Source: an uncultured Pseudomonadota bacterium
GTDB lineage: Bacteria > Oederibacteriota > Muellerivitia > Muellerivitales > Muellerivitaceae
Assembly: GCA_963836235.1 (NCBI GenBank)
Contig: CAWIIP010000001.1
Span: 160,001 to 224,000 of the forward strand
DNA length: 64,000 bases
Direction of reading: 5' to 3'
Shown: positions 29,601 to 40,187 of the stretch, piece after piece
Position numbering within the stretch: position 1 is the first letter of the stretch
Layout of the letters: every line of letters begins with the position of its first letter
Made by a program: the position numbers and the translations under genes
Notes under the pieces: model-generated
What the model was told of the DNA's origin: nothing
Seen by the model: the letters and a program-made list of their open reading frames with translations, nothing else
Database searches by the model: none

Positions 29601-30269
29601 ATGGCTGATCTAATCAATGAATTTTTTGAGCGGGAATTGAGCGAGGCGGAAGCCGACTCGCTGGGTGACCTTTTGCGGGATTCCCCGGATTCGACCCTGC
29701 GTTTCGAGGGCCAGTTGGAACAGCATTACGCCCAAACCGGCCTGCCCTTACCCCAGCTTCCTTCTTCTTTGAATGACCTGCCCAAGGGCCCCAGCGGCAT
29801 TGGAGGCTTGGGAGGGATGAAGATCCTTTTCCTACTCGCGGCGGCTGGGTCGGGTTACCTCGCGTGGAAATATTGGCCGGTGAAGGCGGAGGTTCCCCTC
29901 CCGGGATATTCGCCCCAGGCGGCCCTTTCGGACGCCCCCCTCGACAAAAAACCGACGGCGCTCCAGGCCGTGAAACCCATTATCCAGCCCCGGGTGGCGG
30001 GTCCCACCGCGGAGGGCGAGGAATTGAGCGTGGTGGTGGACGCGCCCCAGAGGTCCCTGGTAACGGTCCGCATTCTCGACGCGTCGGGTAGGGAAGTCCG
30101 GCCCCTTTATACCGGTTTCGTCGAAGCCGGGCGGTGGAATTTCCAATGGGACGGCCTTCTGGAGAATGGGGAAGCGGCGGGAGCGGGCCAATACCGTATC
30201 GACGTCCAGACAGGCGCGGCACACATGTCCAAGGACATCCAGATCAAACTGGCGGCCCCAGCCCCCTGA
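29601..30269 (+). CDS. Putative anti-sigma factor: N-terminal ASD-like helices, one TM, C-terminal FlgD-Ig/CTD-like domain
   Basis: Coupled to the sigma gene. ERELSEAE ASD-like start, TM ILFLLAAAGSGYLAW, and VTVRILDASGREVR...WDG...GAGQYRI. Confidence 0.75.
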   Translation: MADLINEFFERELSEAEADSLGDLLRDSPDSTLRFEGQLEQHYAQTGLPLPQLPSSLNDLPKGPSGIGGLGGMKILFLLAAAGSGYLAWKYWPVKAEVPLPGYSPQAALSDAPLDKKPTALQAVKPIIQPRVAGPTAEGEELSVVVDAPQRSLVTVRILDASGREVRPLYTGFVEAGRWNFQWDGLLENGEAAGAGQYRIDVQTGAAHMSKDIQIKLAAPAP

Positions 30270-30354
30270 CTATCACGAAAATTTTCTGGCGTAAGAAGGC
30301 ATCCCGGAGGAATAATCATTCGGACTGACCGAATAACCGAATGGCGGGGAAACC

Positions 30355-31788
30355 TTGAAGCCTATTCCAATTATCCTGTTTTTATTCCTGCTCGCCTTGA
30401 GCGGGTCTTCTTTCGCCCAGTTCAATGGCGACGGCTTGAAGGGCATTTATTACATTAGCACCAACTTGACCAGCGCGGCTGTGACCGAAGTGGACCCCCT
30501 GGTCAGTTACCGGTGGTACGGCTGTCCGCCCCAGCCGGGGATGTCGGGAACCTCCTTCTCCGTCCGGTGGACGGGTCAACTGGATCCCGCCAATAGTGAG
30601 CCCTACACCATTTTTGCCGACCTGAACGGCGGCGTGAGCTTGATCGTGAACGGCCAGGTGCTGGCGAGCCATTGGACGGACACAGGCCCGCCCATCACCC
30701 GCTATTCGGGAGTGATCACCCTGACGGCGGGGGTTCCGGTGCCCATTGAGGTGGATTATTTCACCAACGGCGCGGCCGTCACGACTGACCTCATCCAACT
30801 GGGTTGGGAAAGCCCTTCCCAAACAGCTGAAACCATCCCTCGCCAGTACCTCTTCTCAGGCGCGGCCTTGAATCCCACTCCCACGCCCCAGACGACTTCG
30901 GCCTGCCAGTCCCCGTCCGCGACCATTACGGTGGATGGGGTCCTCAACGAATGGCCCTGGACCACGGCGGGGTGGAATAGCGTCAACCGGACTGTGCTCG
31001 GCAACGTCAACAGCGCCACGGCGGCCTTTAAAACACTTTGGGATTCCTCCAACCTCTACCTGGGTGTGACCGTAACCGACAGCCCGTTAGCCACCGGCGC
31101 CCCCTATGTTTACGACAACTCAACGGTTGAGCTTTTCCTGGATACCACCGACTCCCGAAGCGTGACCGTGACCAGTACCGACTACGAATACTTTTTCCAG
31201 TGGGGTGCCACGACGGCCGTGGAAAGCCTGGGAAGGACCACGGGGGTGAACATGAAGACCACGACGATCCACACGGGTTACGTGGTGGAGGCTTCCATTC
31301 CATGGTCCACGTTAGGGCTTTCAAGCCCCGGACCGGGGACGGTCTTGGGTTTGGATATCGGGGTTGATGTGGATCATAACGGGGGCAATTGCCGGGACGG
31401 TCAACTTATTTGGAACGGTGAATCGGACGACTACACCAATGCCAGCGATTATGGCCAGTTGACCCTGGCGAGCGCTTGTCCCACACCTGTTTCCACGCCG
31501 CCCGCGCCCACCGGGGGAAATCCCTATGTCGCTCCCAACCCTTCCAATGGGACCACGGTTCAGTTCGTCTATACCATGGCCGAGGGGGGCACGGCCAAAA
31601 TCAAAGTTTGGAACGCCTGGGGCAACTTGGCGGCGAGCTTGAGCGACCCCAAAGGCCCCGGCCTGCAGTCAAGCACGCTCAACATCTCAACCTTCGCGCC
31701 GGGCCATTATTTCTACCGTGTCGAGATGGATTACGACTCGGGCCGGACAGATAGCTTCAAGACCCAGGTCCTGGCAATCAAGAAATGA
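30355..31788 (+). CDS. Secreted non-catalytic PA14 + CBM9-like carbohydrate-binding protein with a T9SS-like CTD
   Basis: GDGLKGIYY/FSVRWTG (PA14), TVDGVLNEW...WDSSNLYL...VELFLD...EASIPW (CBM9) and PNP...GHYFYRV (CTD). Confidence 0.8.
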   Translation: MKPIPIILFLFLLALSGSSFAQFNGDGLKGIYYISTNLTSAAVTEVDPLVSYRWYGCPPQPGMSGTSFSVRWTGQLDPANSEPYTIFADLNGGVSLIVNGQVLASHWTDTGPPITRYSGVITLTAGVPVPIEVDYFTNGAAVTTDLIQLGWESPSQTAETIPRQYLFSGAALNPTPTPQTTSACQSPSATITVDGVLNEWPWTTAGWNSVNRTVLGNVNSATAAFKTLWDSSNLYLGVTVTDSPLATGAPYVYDNSTVELFLDTTDSRSVTVTSTDYEYFFQWGATTAVESLGRTTGVNMKTTTIHTGYVVEASIPWSTLGLSSPGPGTVLGLDIGVDVDHNGGNCRDGQLIWNGESDDYTNASDYGQLTLASACPTPVSTPPAPTGGNPYVAPNPSNGTTVQFVYTMAEGGTAKIKVWNAWGNLAASLSDPKGPGLQSSTLNISTFAPGHYFYRVEMDYDSGRTDSFKTQVLAIKK

Positions 31789-33203
31789 GAGCTATTGATT
31801 TCTCACCAAGATTGCACCCAGAAAGGAAAATCGTTTTTTTTCTTAGCGGTCTCTCCGCGAAGAAGATAAAAAATATTTTTAGGTTAAATGTCTTTCTTGG
31901 TGCCCTTGGTATCTTGGTGGTTCAAATTATGTTTCCTGGTTTTTGTTTTTCCCAAACCATTTCCTCCACCGCCGCCCTCGTCACGCCCTTGAGCGCTTTG
32001 GGGGCTTCCGCCCGGGCGGACGCTCTGGGGGGCGCCTTCGTGGGGCTCGCGGACGACCCTTCCGCCCTTTTCTACAACGGCGCGGGTCTTTCCCAGCTGA
32101 AGGCGGCCTCCCTTTCCATCAACCACAACAGCTATTTGGGGGGCTCCTTCGAAGAGACTCTTCTTTTCGGATTGCCCGCCGGGTCCTTAGGTGGCTTCGC
32201 TGGAGCCCTGCAATATGTCTCCTGGGGGAACCTGGACGAACGGGACGCGAACGGAGCCTATCAGGGCACTTTCGCCGACAGCGACGCCGCCTTCAGCGTG
32301 GGATGGGGCACCAACGTGGCAAGCGGACTTTCCCTGGGGGTGGCCTTGCACGGGATCCAGCAAAAGATCGTGGACTCGCTCTATGGAGGCCTTTCAGGAG
32401 ACTTGGGCTTCCTTTGGATTCTAGATCCGGGCCTTCGTTTGGGCCTGGCCTATACGGGGTTGGGAACCACCCAGGCCGGATTTTCCCCGGCCCAGGACCT
32501 GCACTGGGGCCTGTCAAGCTTCCTCGGCCTGGGCAAAAATTCCAATCTCCGGCCCCTTTTATCGGGTGACTGGGAGCCCAAGGGTGTGAGCCGGATTCAA
32601 GGGGGACTGGAGGGAATCATCCAGAGGGATTGCTTCCTGCGGGTCGGCTACCAGGCCGCTCTGGAAAACAATCAGATCGGGGGATTGACGGGATTCACCG
32701 CCGGAGCGGGTTTTCGAGTGGGGCAGTTCCAATTGGATTACGCCTTCGTTCCTTACGGGGATTTGGGGACGTCGCACCGCATCAGCGTGGGTTATGAATT
32801 CCCCAATCCGACGCCTGTGGTCGCTAAGCCAGTAACGGTGATAGGAAGTCCTGTGACAGTTCAAGCCCCACCGGTGACGGTCGTGGCCACGCCCCAACCT
32901 ATGGCGGTTCCCGCGGGGCCTCCGAAGTCAAAGGTTGAGGTACACTTCGAGCTGCCCACGGCCGCTGGAACCCCGATGGGGTTTTCCCAGGCCTCCACCC
33001 TGGTCGGACCTTACGAAAAAGCCGCCCAAGAGAATCCCGGAAGCAGCCAGGCCTGGCGGAATTTGGGGATTATTTACTTAAAAACGGGCCAAATTGCATT
33101 GGGCATCCAATGTTTGGAACAGGCCCTTCGTTTAAATCCAAATGACCAAGCTTTGAAAGAATGGTTGGAAAATTATCGGGCAAAACATCCATCTAATCCC
33201 TGA
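31785..33203 (+). CDS. PorV/PorQ-family beta-barrel with a Pro-rich linker and C-terminal TPR
   Basis: SARADALGGAFVGLADDPSALFYN, barrel end LDYAF...HRISVGYEF, and TPR AWRNLG...EQALRLNP. True start may be further downstream. Confidence 0.82.
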   Translation: MRAIDFSPRLHPERKIVFFLSGLSAKKIKNIFRLNVFLGALGILVVQIMFPGFCFSQTISSTAALVTPLSALGASARADALGGAFVGLADDPSALFYNGAGLSQLKAASLSINHNSYLGGSFEETLLFGLPAGSLGGFAGALQYVSWGNLDERDANGAYQGTFADSDAAFSVGWGTNVASGLSLGVALHGIQQKIVDSLYGGLSGDLGFLWILDPGLRLGLAYTGLGTTQAGFSPAQDLHWGLSSFLGLGKNSNLRPLLSGDWEPKGVSRIQGGLEGIIQRDCFLRVGYQAALENNQIGGLTGFTAGAGFRVGQFQLDYAFVPYGDLGTSHRISVGYEFPNPTPVVAKPVTVIGSPVTVQAPPVTVVATPQPMAVPAGPPKSKVEVHFELPTAAGTPMGFSQASTLVGPYEKAAQENPGSSQAWRNLGIIYLKTGQIALGIQCLEQALRLNPNDQALKEWLENYRAKHPSNP

Positions 33204-33260
33204 TTTTCTCCTGAAACCACCAGATTCCGTTCTTACGGGATCAAAAAACGTCCTTCCACG

Positions 33261-33290
33261 GGAATAAACCGACAACCCCAGACACCAATC
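33261..33290 (+). promoter_or_regulatory. Putative ECF sigma promoter: GGAATAAA-N16-CCAATC
   Basis: Same -35 element and spacing as 28993, upstream of the first GH30. Confidence 0.55.
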
Positions 33291-33408
33291 AAGTAAGGAT
33301 TACTCCGCTTACCAAAACTTTGTCCTTTGCTTCAAACGATTTAATTGAAATTTGAATCGGAAATAAATTGAGTTGTATAAATTTTAGCGCTTTTGAGGAG
33401 GCGTATTC

Positions 33409-36108
33409 ATGGAGTTAAAACGAAAACTGAAAGTTTCGTTCATTCTGATTGCGGCATTATTGAGCCCGGCGATACAGGCCTTTGCCGGCACCTGTACGAT
33501 AAACGCCACCCAAACCAACCAATACATCCATTGTATCGGGGCGTCCAGCGCTTGGAGCGGCATCAACGGTTTGGGAACCCAGTTATTCGCGGACGACAAC
33601 GTGAACGGCCATATCGGACTTCAGTCCCTCAGGGCCCGGATCGATCCCACCAACAACTTTTCTTCCGAAGTGAGTACCTTGGTTTCCGCCAAGGCCGTCA
33701 ATCCCAATATCCTATTCTGGGCCACCGAATGGTCCCCTCCCGCCCAATACAAGGCCAACGATAACGTCGATGGCGGTGCCAGCAACGATACCTTCCTAGG
33801 AGCCAGCTCCGGAGCGGCCAATAGCGACGATACGGGATTGGCAAGTTACCAAGTCTCGTTTATCCAATATTGCAAGAACCAAGGCATTAACCTTTACGCC
33901 CTCTCGGTTCAGAATGAACCCAATTTCAATCCGACCTACGAGGCCTGTCTTTGGTCCGCGGGTCAGTTTGACGTCTACGCAAAGGCCTTTTATAGCGCCC
34001 TCCAGAGTGCCGGCCTTTCAACCAAAATCATGATTCCTGAGCCGGACAACCCGGGTGGCATGAACTTGGCCTCTACCGCCATGGCTGATTCGACCGCAGC
34101 CCCTGAAATCGGCATCATCGCCTCCCACGCATACGGCGAAAACCTTGCCCCTCTTTCTTCCTACGGCTTCAGTAACATCACGAACCAGGAGTGGTGGGAA
34201 ACGGAAGTATCTGGGAACACGACCGATGTGCCGGGCGCCTTGCAGGAAGCGGGTTGGATCCATACCAGCCTGGTGGATGCCAGCACGAACGCTTTCCATT
34301 ATTGGTGGATCCAGGACCTTTACAGCGGCAGTAGCCTCGACATCAAGGCTTTCGTCCTGGGCAATTACAGTAAATTCATACGCCCGGGCTATTACCGCAT
34401 GGGCGCGACTGAAGTTCCCTCGTCTGGCGTGTCAGTGAGCGCCTTCAAGAACACCAATACTTCCTCGCCCCAGACCATCGTGTTCGTGGCCATCAACAGC
34501 AACGGCTCATCGGTCAACCAGACCTTTACGATCAGCGGAGTCAATGTGACTTCGGTGACTCCTTGGGTGACCAACGGGAGCACCAACCTCGTTGCGCAAC
34601 CTGCTGTGGCCGTTTCAGGGGGGAGTTTTACCTATTCCCTGACTCCGAGCAGTGTTACGTCCTTCGTGGGCGTGGTCAGCGGAACCGCTGCTAACACCCC
34701 CACCTTCACTCCTGTTCCGCCAACGGCGACCCACACCAATACTCCCGTGCCGCCCACGGCCACCTTTACGCACACCAACACTCCCGTGCCGCCGACAGCC
34801 ACCAACACTTTCACGGCGACCCATACCAACACCCCAGTGCCTCCCACGGCCACTCTTACGAATACGCCGATTCCGCCGACGGCCACGAATACGAATAGCC
34901 CTGTGCCGCCAACCGCGACCCACACGGCTGTTCCGCCTACGTCCACGGGAACGAGTACCCCTGTGCCGCCTACAGCGACAATCACTAACAGCCCGGTTCC
35001 TCCGACGGTGACGAACACGCCATTGCCACCCACGGTGACCAATACTCCAGCGCCGCCGACGGTAACCAATACCCCGGTTCCGCCCACGGCGACGGCGACC
35101 ATTACCAACACGCCGGTGCCGCCAACGGCGACTAACACCTTTACTTTGACCAATACGCCGACTTTGGTGCCGCCAACCGCCACGCATACGCCGGTGCCGC
35201 CGACGGCAACATTCACTCTTACGCCGCTTTCACCAACCGACACTCCCACGGTGGTCGTCTCCAGTTCCAACTTCACGGTGAAGTTGTTAAGCGGTGTGAC
35301 TAGCAATACCACCAACAGCCCTCATCCCTTCATCCAAGTGGTGAACACGGGAACGGGGCCTTTAAGCCTGAACAACGTGGAAGTGCGTTATTGGTTCAAC
35401 TGTGATTGCACGACCCAATCTCTGCAAGTCTGGGTGGACTGGGCGGGTTTACTGCCCGCTGGGACATCAGTCACAGGGGATGTCGTGACCTCGGTGGTTC
35501 CCACCAGCTTGGGAGGCCAGACCGATTACATCAGCTACAAGTTCACCGGGAACTTGGTGCTACAACCGGGCCAGATGATCGAGATCCAAAGCCGCTTCAA
35601 CAAGAGCGACTGGAGCAACATGACCCAGGCTAATGACTGGAGCTTCGCGCCCAATACAAGTTACACCAACGCGCCACAGGTGACGGGATACCTGAGTGGG
35701 GCATTGGTATGGGGCGAACAGCCCGCGGGAGGTGCGGCATCAGCCCTGAAGGTGGCTAGCGTCATTTCCTTCCCGAATCCCTCAACGGGGACCGGCACAA
35801 CCCTTTCCTTCACCTTGGGAAGTTCGGGTTCAGGTGTGAGCGCGTCGGATTTGAGCGAAAGCAACCCGTTGTTGGTGGACCCCAACGCCAAGATCACCTT
35901 AAGTATCTACAGTCTAGGTTTCCGATTGATCTGGACCGAGACCTTGACGGGTGGGGGCTATGGGACGACCGGACCTCATGATGTTTATTGGAACGAGAAG
36001 GACCTAGGCGGAGCGAAATTGTCCAACGGGGTTTATTTCCTGCGGGTAACCGTTGAGTCGAACGGCCAGACCACATCCTCGGTTGCCAAGATTCTCATCC
36101 TCGGATAA
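33409..36108 (+). CDS. GH30 xylanase-like glycoside hydrolase + Pro/Thr linker + CBM3 + CTD
   Basis: WSPPA, QNEP (acid/base), WETE (nucleophile) and YSKFIRPG. CBM3 VEVRYWF...KSDWSN...NDWSF...LVWGEQP. CTD FPNP...NGVYFL. Confidence 0.88.
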   Translation: MELKRKLKVSFILIAALLSPAIQAFAGTCTINATQTNQYIHCIGASSAWSGINGLGTQLFADDNVNGHIGLQSLRARIDPTNNFSSEVSTLVSAKAVNPNILFWATEWSPPAQYKANDNVDGGASNDTFLGASSGAANSDDTGLASYQVSFIQYCKNQGINLYALSVQNEPNFNPTYEACLWSAGQFDVYAKAFYSALQSAGLSTKIMIPEPDNPGGMNLASTAMADSTAAPEIGIIASHAYGENLAPLSSYGFSNITNQEWWETEVSGNTTDVPGALQEAGWIHTSLVDASTNAFHYWWIQDLYSGSSLDIKAFVLGNYSKFIRPGYYRMGATEVPSSGVSVSAFKNTNTSSPQTIVFVAINSNGSSVNQTFTISGVNVTSVTPWVTNGSTNLVAQPAVAVSGGSFTYSLTPSSVTSFVGVVSGTAANTPTFTPVPPTATHTNTPVPPTATFTHTNTPVPPTATNTFTATHTNTPVPPTATLTNTPIPPTATNTNSPVPPTATHTAVPPTSTGTSTPVPPTATITNSPVPPTVTNTPLPPTVTNTPAPPTVTNTPVPPTATATITNTPVPPTATNTFTLTNTPTLVPPTATHTPVPPTATFTLTPLSPTDTPTVVVSSSNFTVKLLSGVTSNTTNSPHPFIQVVNTGTGPLSLNNVEVRYWFNCDCTTQSLQVWVDWAGLLPAGTSVTGDVVTSVVPTSLGGQTDYISYKFTGNLVLQPGQMIEIQSRFNKSDWSNMTQANDWSFAPNTSYTNAPQVTGYLSGALVWGEQPAGGAASALKVASVISFPNPSTGTGTTLSFTLGSSGSGVSASDLSESNPLLVDPNAKITLSIYSLGFRLIWTETLTGGGYGTTGPHDVYWNEKDLGGAKLSNGVYFLRVTVESNGQTTSSVAKILILG
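35190..36108 (+). repeat. CBM3-CTD tail module, copy 1
   Basis: The CBM3 DNA is near-identical to 45040-45567 and 50670-51198. The last ~150 nt match the GH62 gene end. Confidence 0.9.
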
Positions 36109-36170
36109 GAATGTGGCGGGGAAGTGAAGCCAAAAGGTCTGACTTTGCAGTAGTCGGAAAATGAACTAGG

Positions 36171-36240
36171 TGCCGCGGTTAATGGAAGGGAAAAACAACG
36201 GGCGTTGTTTGGGCCCCCTTCCAACCGCGGCATTTTTTTT
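36171..36240 (+). terminator. Three-tier stem-loop followed by T8; repeated element, copy 1
   Basis: Pairings tgccgcggtt/aaccgcggca, ggaaggg/cccttcc and aaacaac-gggc-gttgttt, then tttttttt. Confidence 0.7.
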
Positions 36241-36313
36241 AGGTCGAACCGGCGCCGACCTATCGGGTTATCGTCGTACTTATCCTAGAATCGTTTGTGG
36301 GGTCTTCGAATTT

Positions 36314-39300
36314 ATGGTTCAGTCATCTAATTTTAAAAACCATTCGTTTCGAATTATCTCAATGGTGCTGGTCTTCCTTTCTCTAATTTTGGGTTTTACC
36401 GTTCGTTCTCATGCCCAAACCTACAACTGGCAAAATGTGGTCATTATGGGGGGCGGGTTCGTTCCGGGACTGGTCTACAGTCCGGTTTCGCAGGGCCTGC
36501 TTTACGCTCGAACCGACGTTGGCGGGTTCTATCGTTGGAATAATTCAGCCGGCCAATGGGTGCCCCTGACCGATATGTTCGGTCCCACCCAGGCGAACAA
36601 TTACGGGGGGGAGAGCATCGCGCCCGATCCCGTAAACCCCAACGTGGTCTACGCGGCGGCGGGGTCCTCGGGCACCGGCGTGATCCTCAGTTCGACGAAC
36701 CAAGGCGGGTCGTGGACGGTCAATTCCATTGCGGTTTCCATCGCGGGCAACAACGACGGAAGGGAAGCGGGCGAGCGCCTAGTGGTGGACCCTAATCTGA
36801 ACTCCAAGTTGTATTTCGGCTCCCGATGGCAAGGGCTTTGGGTGAGCACCAATTCAGCGTCCAGTTGGAGCCAGGTCACCTCCTTCCCGGTTTTGGGTGA
36901 CACCGGCTATGGGCTCTCCTGGGTTATATTCCCCCCTCCCGCGAATGGCTACGGCAATCCTTCGGGTTCGGCCTCGGCCACCATCTACGTGGGGGTTTTG
37001 GCCATGAGTTCGGGCAACAGCAACGTGTACCGGTCTACTAACGCAGGCGCCAGCTGGACGCTCATCCCCGGCGGGCCCTCCAACATGGTGACACCCCACG
37101 CTAGCCTGGGCACCGACGGAAATCTTTGGATCGTTTACGACAGTGGTGGCTATGGCCCGAACAGCATCTCGACCGGCCAAATCTGGAAGCTCAACACGGG
37201 CACTCTGGCTTGGTCCAACGTGACCCCTTCCAATGGGCCGCCCAGCGGAAGCGGCGGTTATGCCGGTATCTGCGTTGACCACGAGAACGCCAGCCATGTT
37301 TTGGTTACGACCATCGATTGGTGGGGCGGGCCTGATAGGCTCCTTTCGACCACCAACGGCGGCGGTTCCTGGTCGGTCATCGCCTTGGCTGGCTCCAGTT
37401 CCTCGGTCTTCAATGTCAACAGCGCCATCTACCAGGAGGGTTGCAGCGGCGGCTCGGGTGGGGCGGGTTGGGCGGGGTGCGTGGCCATAGATCCATTCAA
37501 TTCCAACAACGCCGTTTACCCATCCGGCGGGGCGGGTGGGGGTGGCGGGGTTTGGAGCAGCACCAATATCCAGGCGAGCCCCGTTTCCTGGACCTACAGC
37601 GACAACAACCTTGAGGAAACGGTGGCGATTTACATGAACCCCGCCACTGCGGGCGGCATTCTCTTTTCTTGCTTGGGCGACGTGGGCGGCATGCGCCACA
37701 CGAGCGTGACCCAATCTCCCGCCTCAGGCATGTACTGCAACCCCCAATATTCAAATACCAACATGCTGGACTTCGCCGAATCCAAGCCCAATACGGTGGT
37801 CCGGGTGGGGAACAGCACCAACCCCTCAGCCGTGAATAGCGACGTGGCCTATTCCACCAACAACGGGCAAACCTGGACGCCCTGGGGAAGCGCGCCCCCG
37901 GGCTACACTTCCACAGGCCAGATGGGATCGGTGGCGGTAGCGGCGGACGGTTCCCGGGTGGTGGTGTCGCCCTATAGCGACTATGGATCTCCGGCCTACG
38001 CTTCTTCCCTTGGTGGGAGTTGGACGACCTGCTCCGGCCTTCCCAGCGGCGCAATGGTGGCCTCGGACCGTTCGAACGCCTCAACTTTCTACGCCACCTA
38101 TCCAAGCGAGTGGGTTTACGGCAATTCCGTGACAATCTACGAGAGCACTAACAGCGGGGCCAGCTTCAGCCAGGTGAATACGATCCCCGTGAATTGGAGC
38201 GATGCCAACGGCAATGGACAATGGGTCATGCCCCGGCCCGTTTTTGGGGAGCCCGGAGAATTCTGGGTTTCCACTTACGGCAACCTCTACCGATTCACCA
38301 ACGGGGGTTCCAGCGTGACGGCCCTCGCCAACGTGTTTGAACCTATGGGGCCGGTAGGGTTCGGCAAGGCCGCCTCCGGGCAGACCCACCCGGCGGTCTT
38401 CCTGATCGGGACCGTCAACGGTACCTACGGGTTTTACCGAAGCGACGACGGGGCAGGAGTCACCTGGACCCAGATCATGAATCCCAACCAACAGTACGGT
38501 AAGCCGGGATGGGCGGAGGGGGACGAGACCATCTACGGGCGCTGTTATATCGGTGCCGGGGGCCGAGGGACCGTCTACGGGGATATCACCGCCGACACAC
38601 CTACCAATACGCCTAACTCCACGCCCACTAAAACAGTCACTTCGACCTCCACCGGAACGCCAATGGCTACCCATACTAACAGCCCAACGAGCACCCCGAC
38701 TTCCACCCCAACGAATAGTCCGACCCAAACTCGGACAAATAGCCCCACGAATACGGTAACAATTACCCCCACTAAAACGGCAACTCTTACGGCAACCAAT
38801 ACCGTTGCCAATACCTCCACCCCAACCAATTCGGTGACGACTACCCAGACATCCACCCCATCCAACAGTGCGACTAGTACAGCCACGGCTACTAGGACGA
38901 ATTCGGCAACGAACACCGCCACTTCCAGCCCCACCAGCACCGCAACAGCCACCCGGACCAATAGCCCCACTTACACGGCTACTTCCAGTGTCACCCCTAC
39001 AGCTTCCGCAACCCCTAGCCCGACAACCTCAAACAGCCCCACTAAAACAACGACATCTACCCCTACCAATACTTTAGCCAATACAGCCACTCCCACCGCC
39101 ACGATGACGCCTACGGATACATTTGGGAACACGGCTACGAATAGTCCTACTTTGACTAGTCCGAACACCCCGACAAAAACGACGACGTCTACTCCCACGA
39201 ATACCTTGGCAAACACGGCCAGCCCAACAGCTACTACGACGCCTACGAGTACCCTAGTCAACAGCGCCACCGACACCCCTTCCGCTACCGCTTCAAACAC

Positions 39301-40171
39301 GGCAACAATAACGACCACTTCTACTCCCACACACACCTTGGCCAACACAGCCACTCAAACCGCCACGGCGACGCCTACAGACACCTTTGCGAACACGGCT
39401 ACGAATACCCCCACTTCGACCACCTCAAACACCCCGACCCAAACAGCGACATCAACGCCTACCAACACATTAGCCAACACAACCACTCCAACCGCCACGG
39501 CCACCTCTACCAATACTTTGGCTAATAGTGCCACCGATACCCCGACGGCTACCGCTTCAAACACACCTACCCATTCGATGACCGCTACTGCCTCAAGTAC
39601 GGCAACTAAAACGACTACTTTCACCGCTACGAACACCTTCGCCAATACCGCTACAGCGACACCGACAAATACCTTGACCAATACGGTTACGAATACGACC
39701 ACTTCGACCACATCAAACACACCGACCAAAACGACAACTTCAACGCCTACCAAGACTTTGTCCAACACCGCAACCCAAACCGATACAGTGACAACAACCA
39801 ATAGCCCAACCCCTACTGAAACATATACCAACACTTTCACGGTTACGGCGGTTCCTTCCACATTGACCAGTACGCCAACACCCACGCCCGTAAGCACCAA
39901 GGGCTTAGTGATCTACCCAAACCCTGTCATGGGACCGAGCATGAACGTGCTACCGCCGGCCTACATTGGCAGCCAGAACGTCCAGGTTGAAATTTTTACC
40001 CTCAGTTTCCGCAAGGTCCTGGATGAGACCTTCCCCAATGTTCCTTCCGCAACGCCCATCAACCTGCCCTTGACCGATTCCTTCGGTCACCCGCTGGCCA
40101 ACGGGCTTTACTATTTGGTGGTTACGGTGGATAGGAAACATTCCATCGGGAAATTCTTGGTTTTGAAATAA
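36314..40171 (+). CDS. GH74 xyloglucanase-like enzyme + very long Thr-rich stalk + CTD
   Basis: GGGFVPG, YARTDVGG and LGDVGG (both catalytic Asp), BNR repeats, GRGTVYGD and CTD IYPNP...LANGLYYL. Start is 36314 or 36362. Confidence 0.9.
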   Translation: MVQSSNFKNHSFRIISMVLVFLSLILGFTVRSHAQTYNWQNVVIMGGGFVPGLVYSPVSQGLLYARTDVGGFYRWNNSAGQWVPLTDMFGPTQANNYGGESIAPDPVNPNVVYAAAGSSGTGVILSSTNQGGSWTVNSIAVSIAGNNDGREAGERLVVDPNLNSKLYFGSRWQGLWVSTNSASSWSQVTSFPVLGDTGYGLSWVIFPPPANGYGNPSGSASATIYVGVLAMSSGNSNVYRSTNAGASWTLIPGGPSNMVTPHASLGTDGNLWIVYDSGGYGPNSISTGQIWKLNTGTLAWSNVTPSNGPPSGSGGYAGICVDHENASHVLVTTIDWWGGPDRLLSTTNGGGSWSVIALAGSSSSVFNVNSAIYQEGCSGGSGGAGWAGCVAIDPFNSNNAVYPSGGAGGGGGVWSSTNIQASPVSWTYSDNNLEETVAIYMNPATAGGILFSCLGDVGGMRHTSVTQSPASGMYCNPQYSNTNMLDFAESKPNTVVRVGNSTNPSAVNSDVAYSTNNGQTWTPWGSAPPGYTSTGQMGSVAVAADGSRVVVSPYSDYGSPAYASSLGGSWTTCSGLPSGAMVASDRSNASTFYATYPSEWVYGNSVTIYESTNSGASFSQVNTIPVNWSDANGNGQWVMPRPVFGEPGEFWVSTYGNLYRFTNGGSSVTALANVFEPMGPVGFGKAASGQTHPAVFLIGTVNGTYGFYRSDDGAGVTWTQIMNPNQQYGKPGWAEGDETIYGRCYIGAGGRGTVYGDITADTPTNTPNSTPTKTVTSTSTGTPMATHTNSPTSTPTSTPTNSPTQTRTNSPTNTVTITPTKTATLTATNTVANTSTPTNSVTTTQTSTPSNSATSTATATRTNSATNTATSSPTSTATATRTNSPTYTATSSVTPTASATPSPTTSNSPTKTTTSTPTNTLANTATPTATMTPTDTFGNTATNSPTLTSPNTPTKTTTSTPTNTLANTASPTATTTPTSTLVNSATDTPSATASNTATITTTSTPTHTLANTATQTATATPTDTFANTATNTPTSTTSNTPTQTATSTPTNTLANTTTPTATATSTNTLANSATDTPTATASNTPTHSMTATASSTATKTTTFTATNTFANTATATPTNTLTNTVTNTTTSTTSNTPTKTTTSTPTKTLSNTATQTDTVTTTNSPTPTETYTNTFTVTAVPSTLTSTPTPTPVSTKGLVIYPNPVMGPSMNVLPPAYIGSQNVQVEIFTLSFRKVLDETFPNVPSATPINLPLTDSFGHPLANGLYYLVVTVDRKHSIGKFLVLK

Positions 40172-40187
40172 TGGAGGTAGGTAAAAA

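Noticed and set aside
36255-36290. CTTATC box upstream of GH74 (also at 53689) as additional ECF promoters
   Set aside because: There is no GGAATAAA element at the 16-nt spacing.
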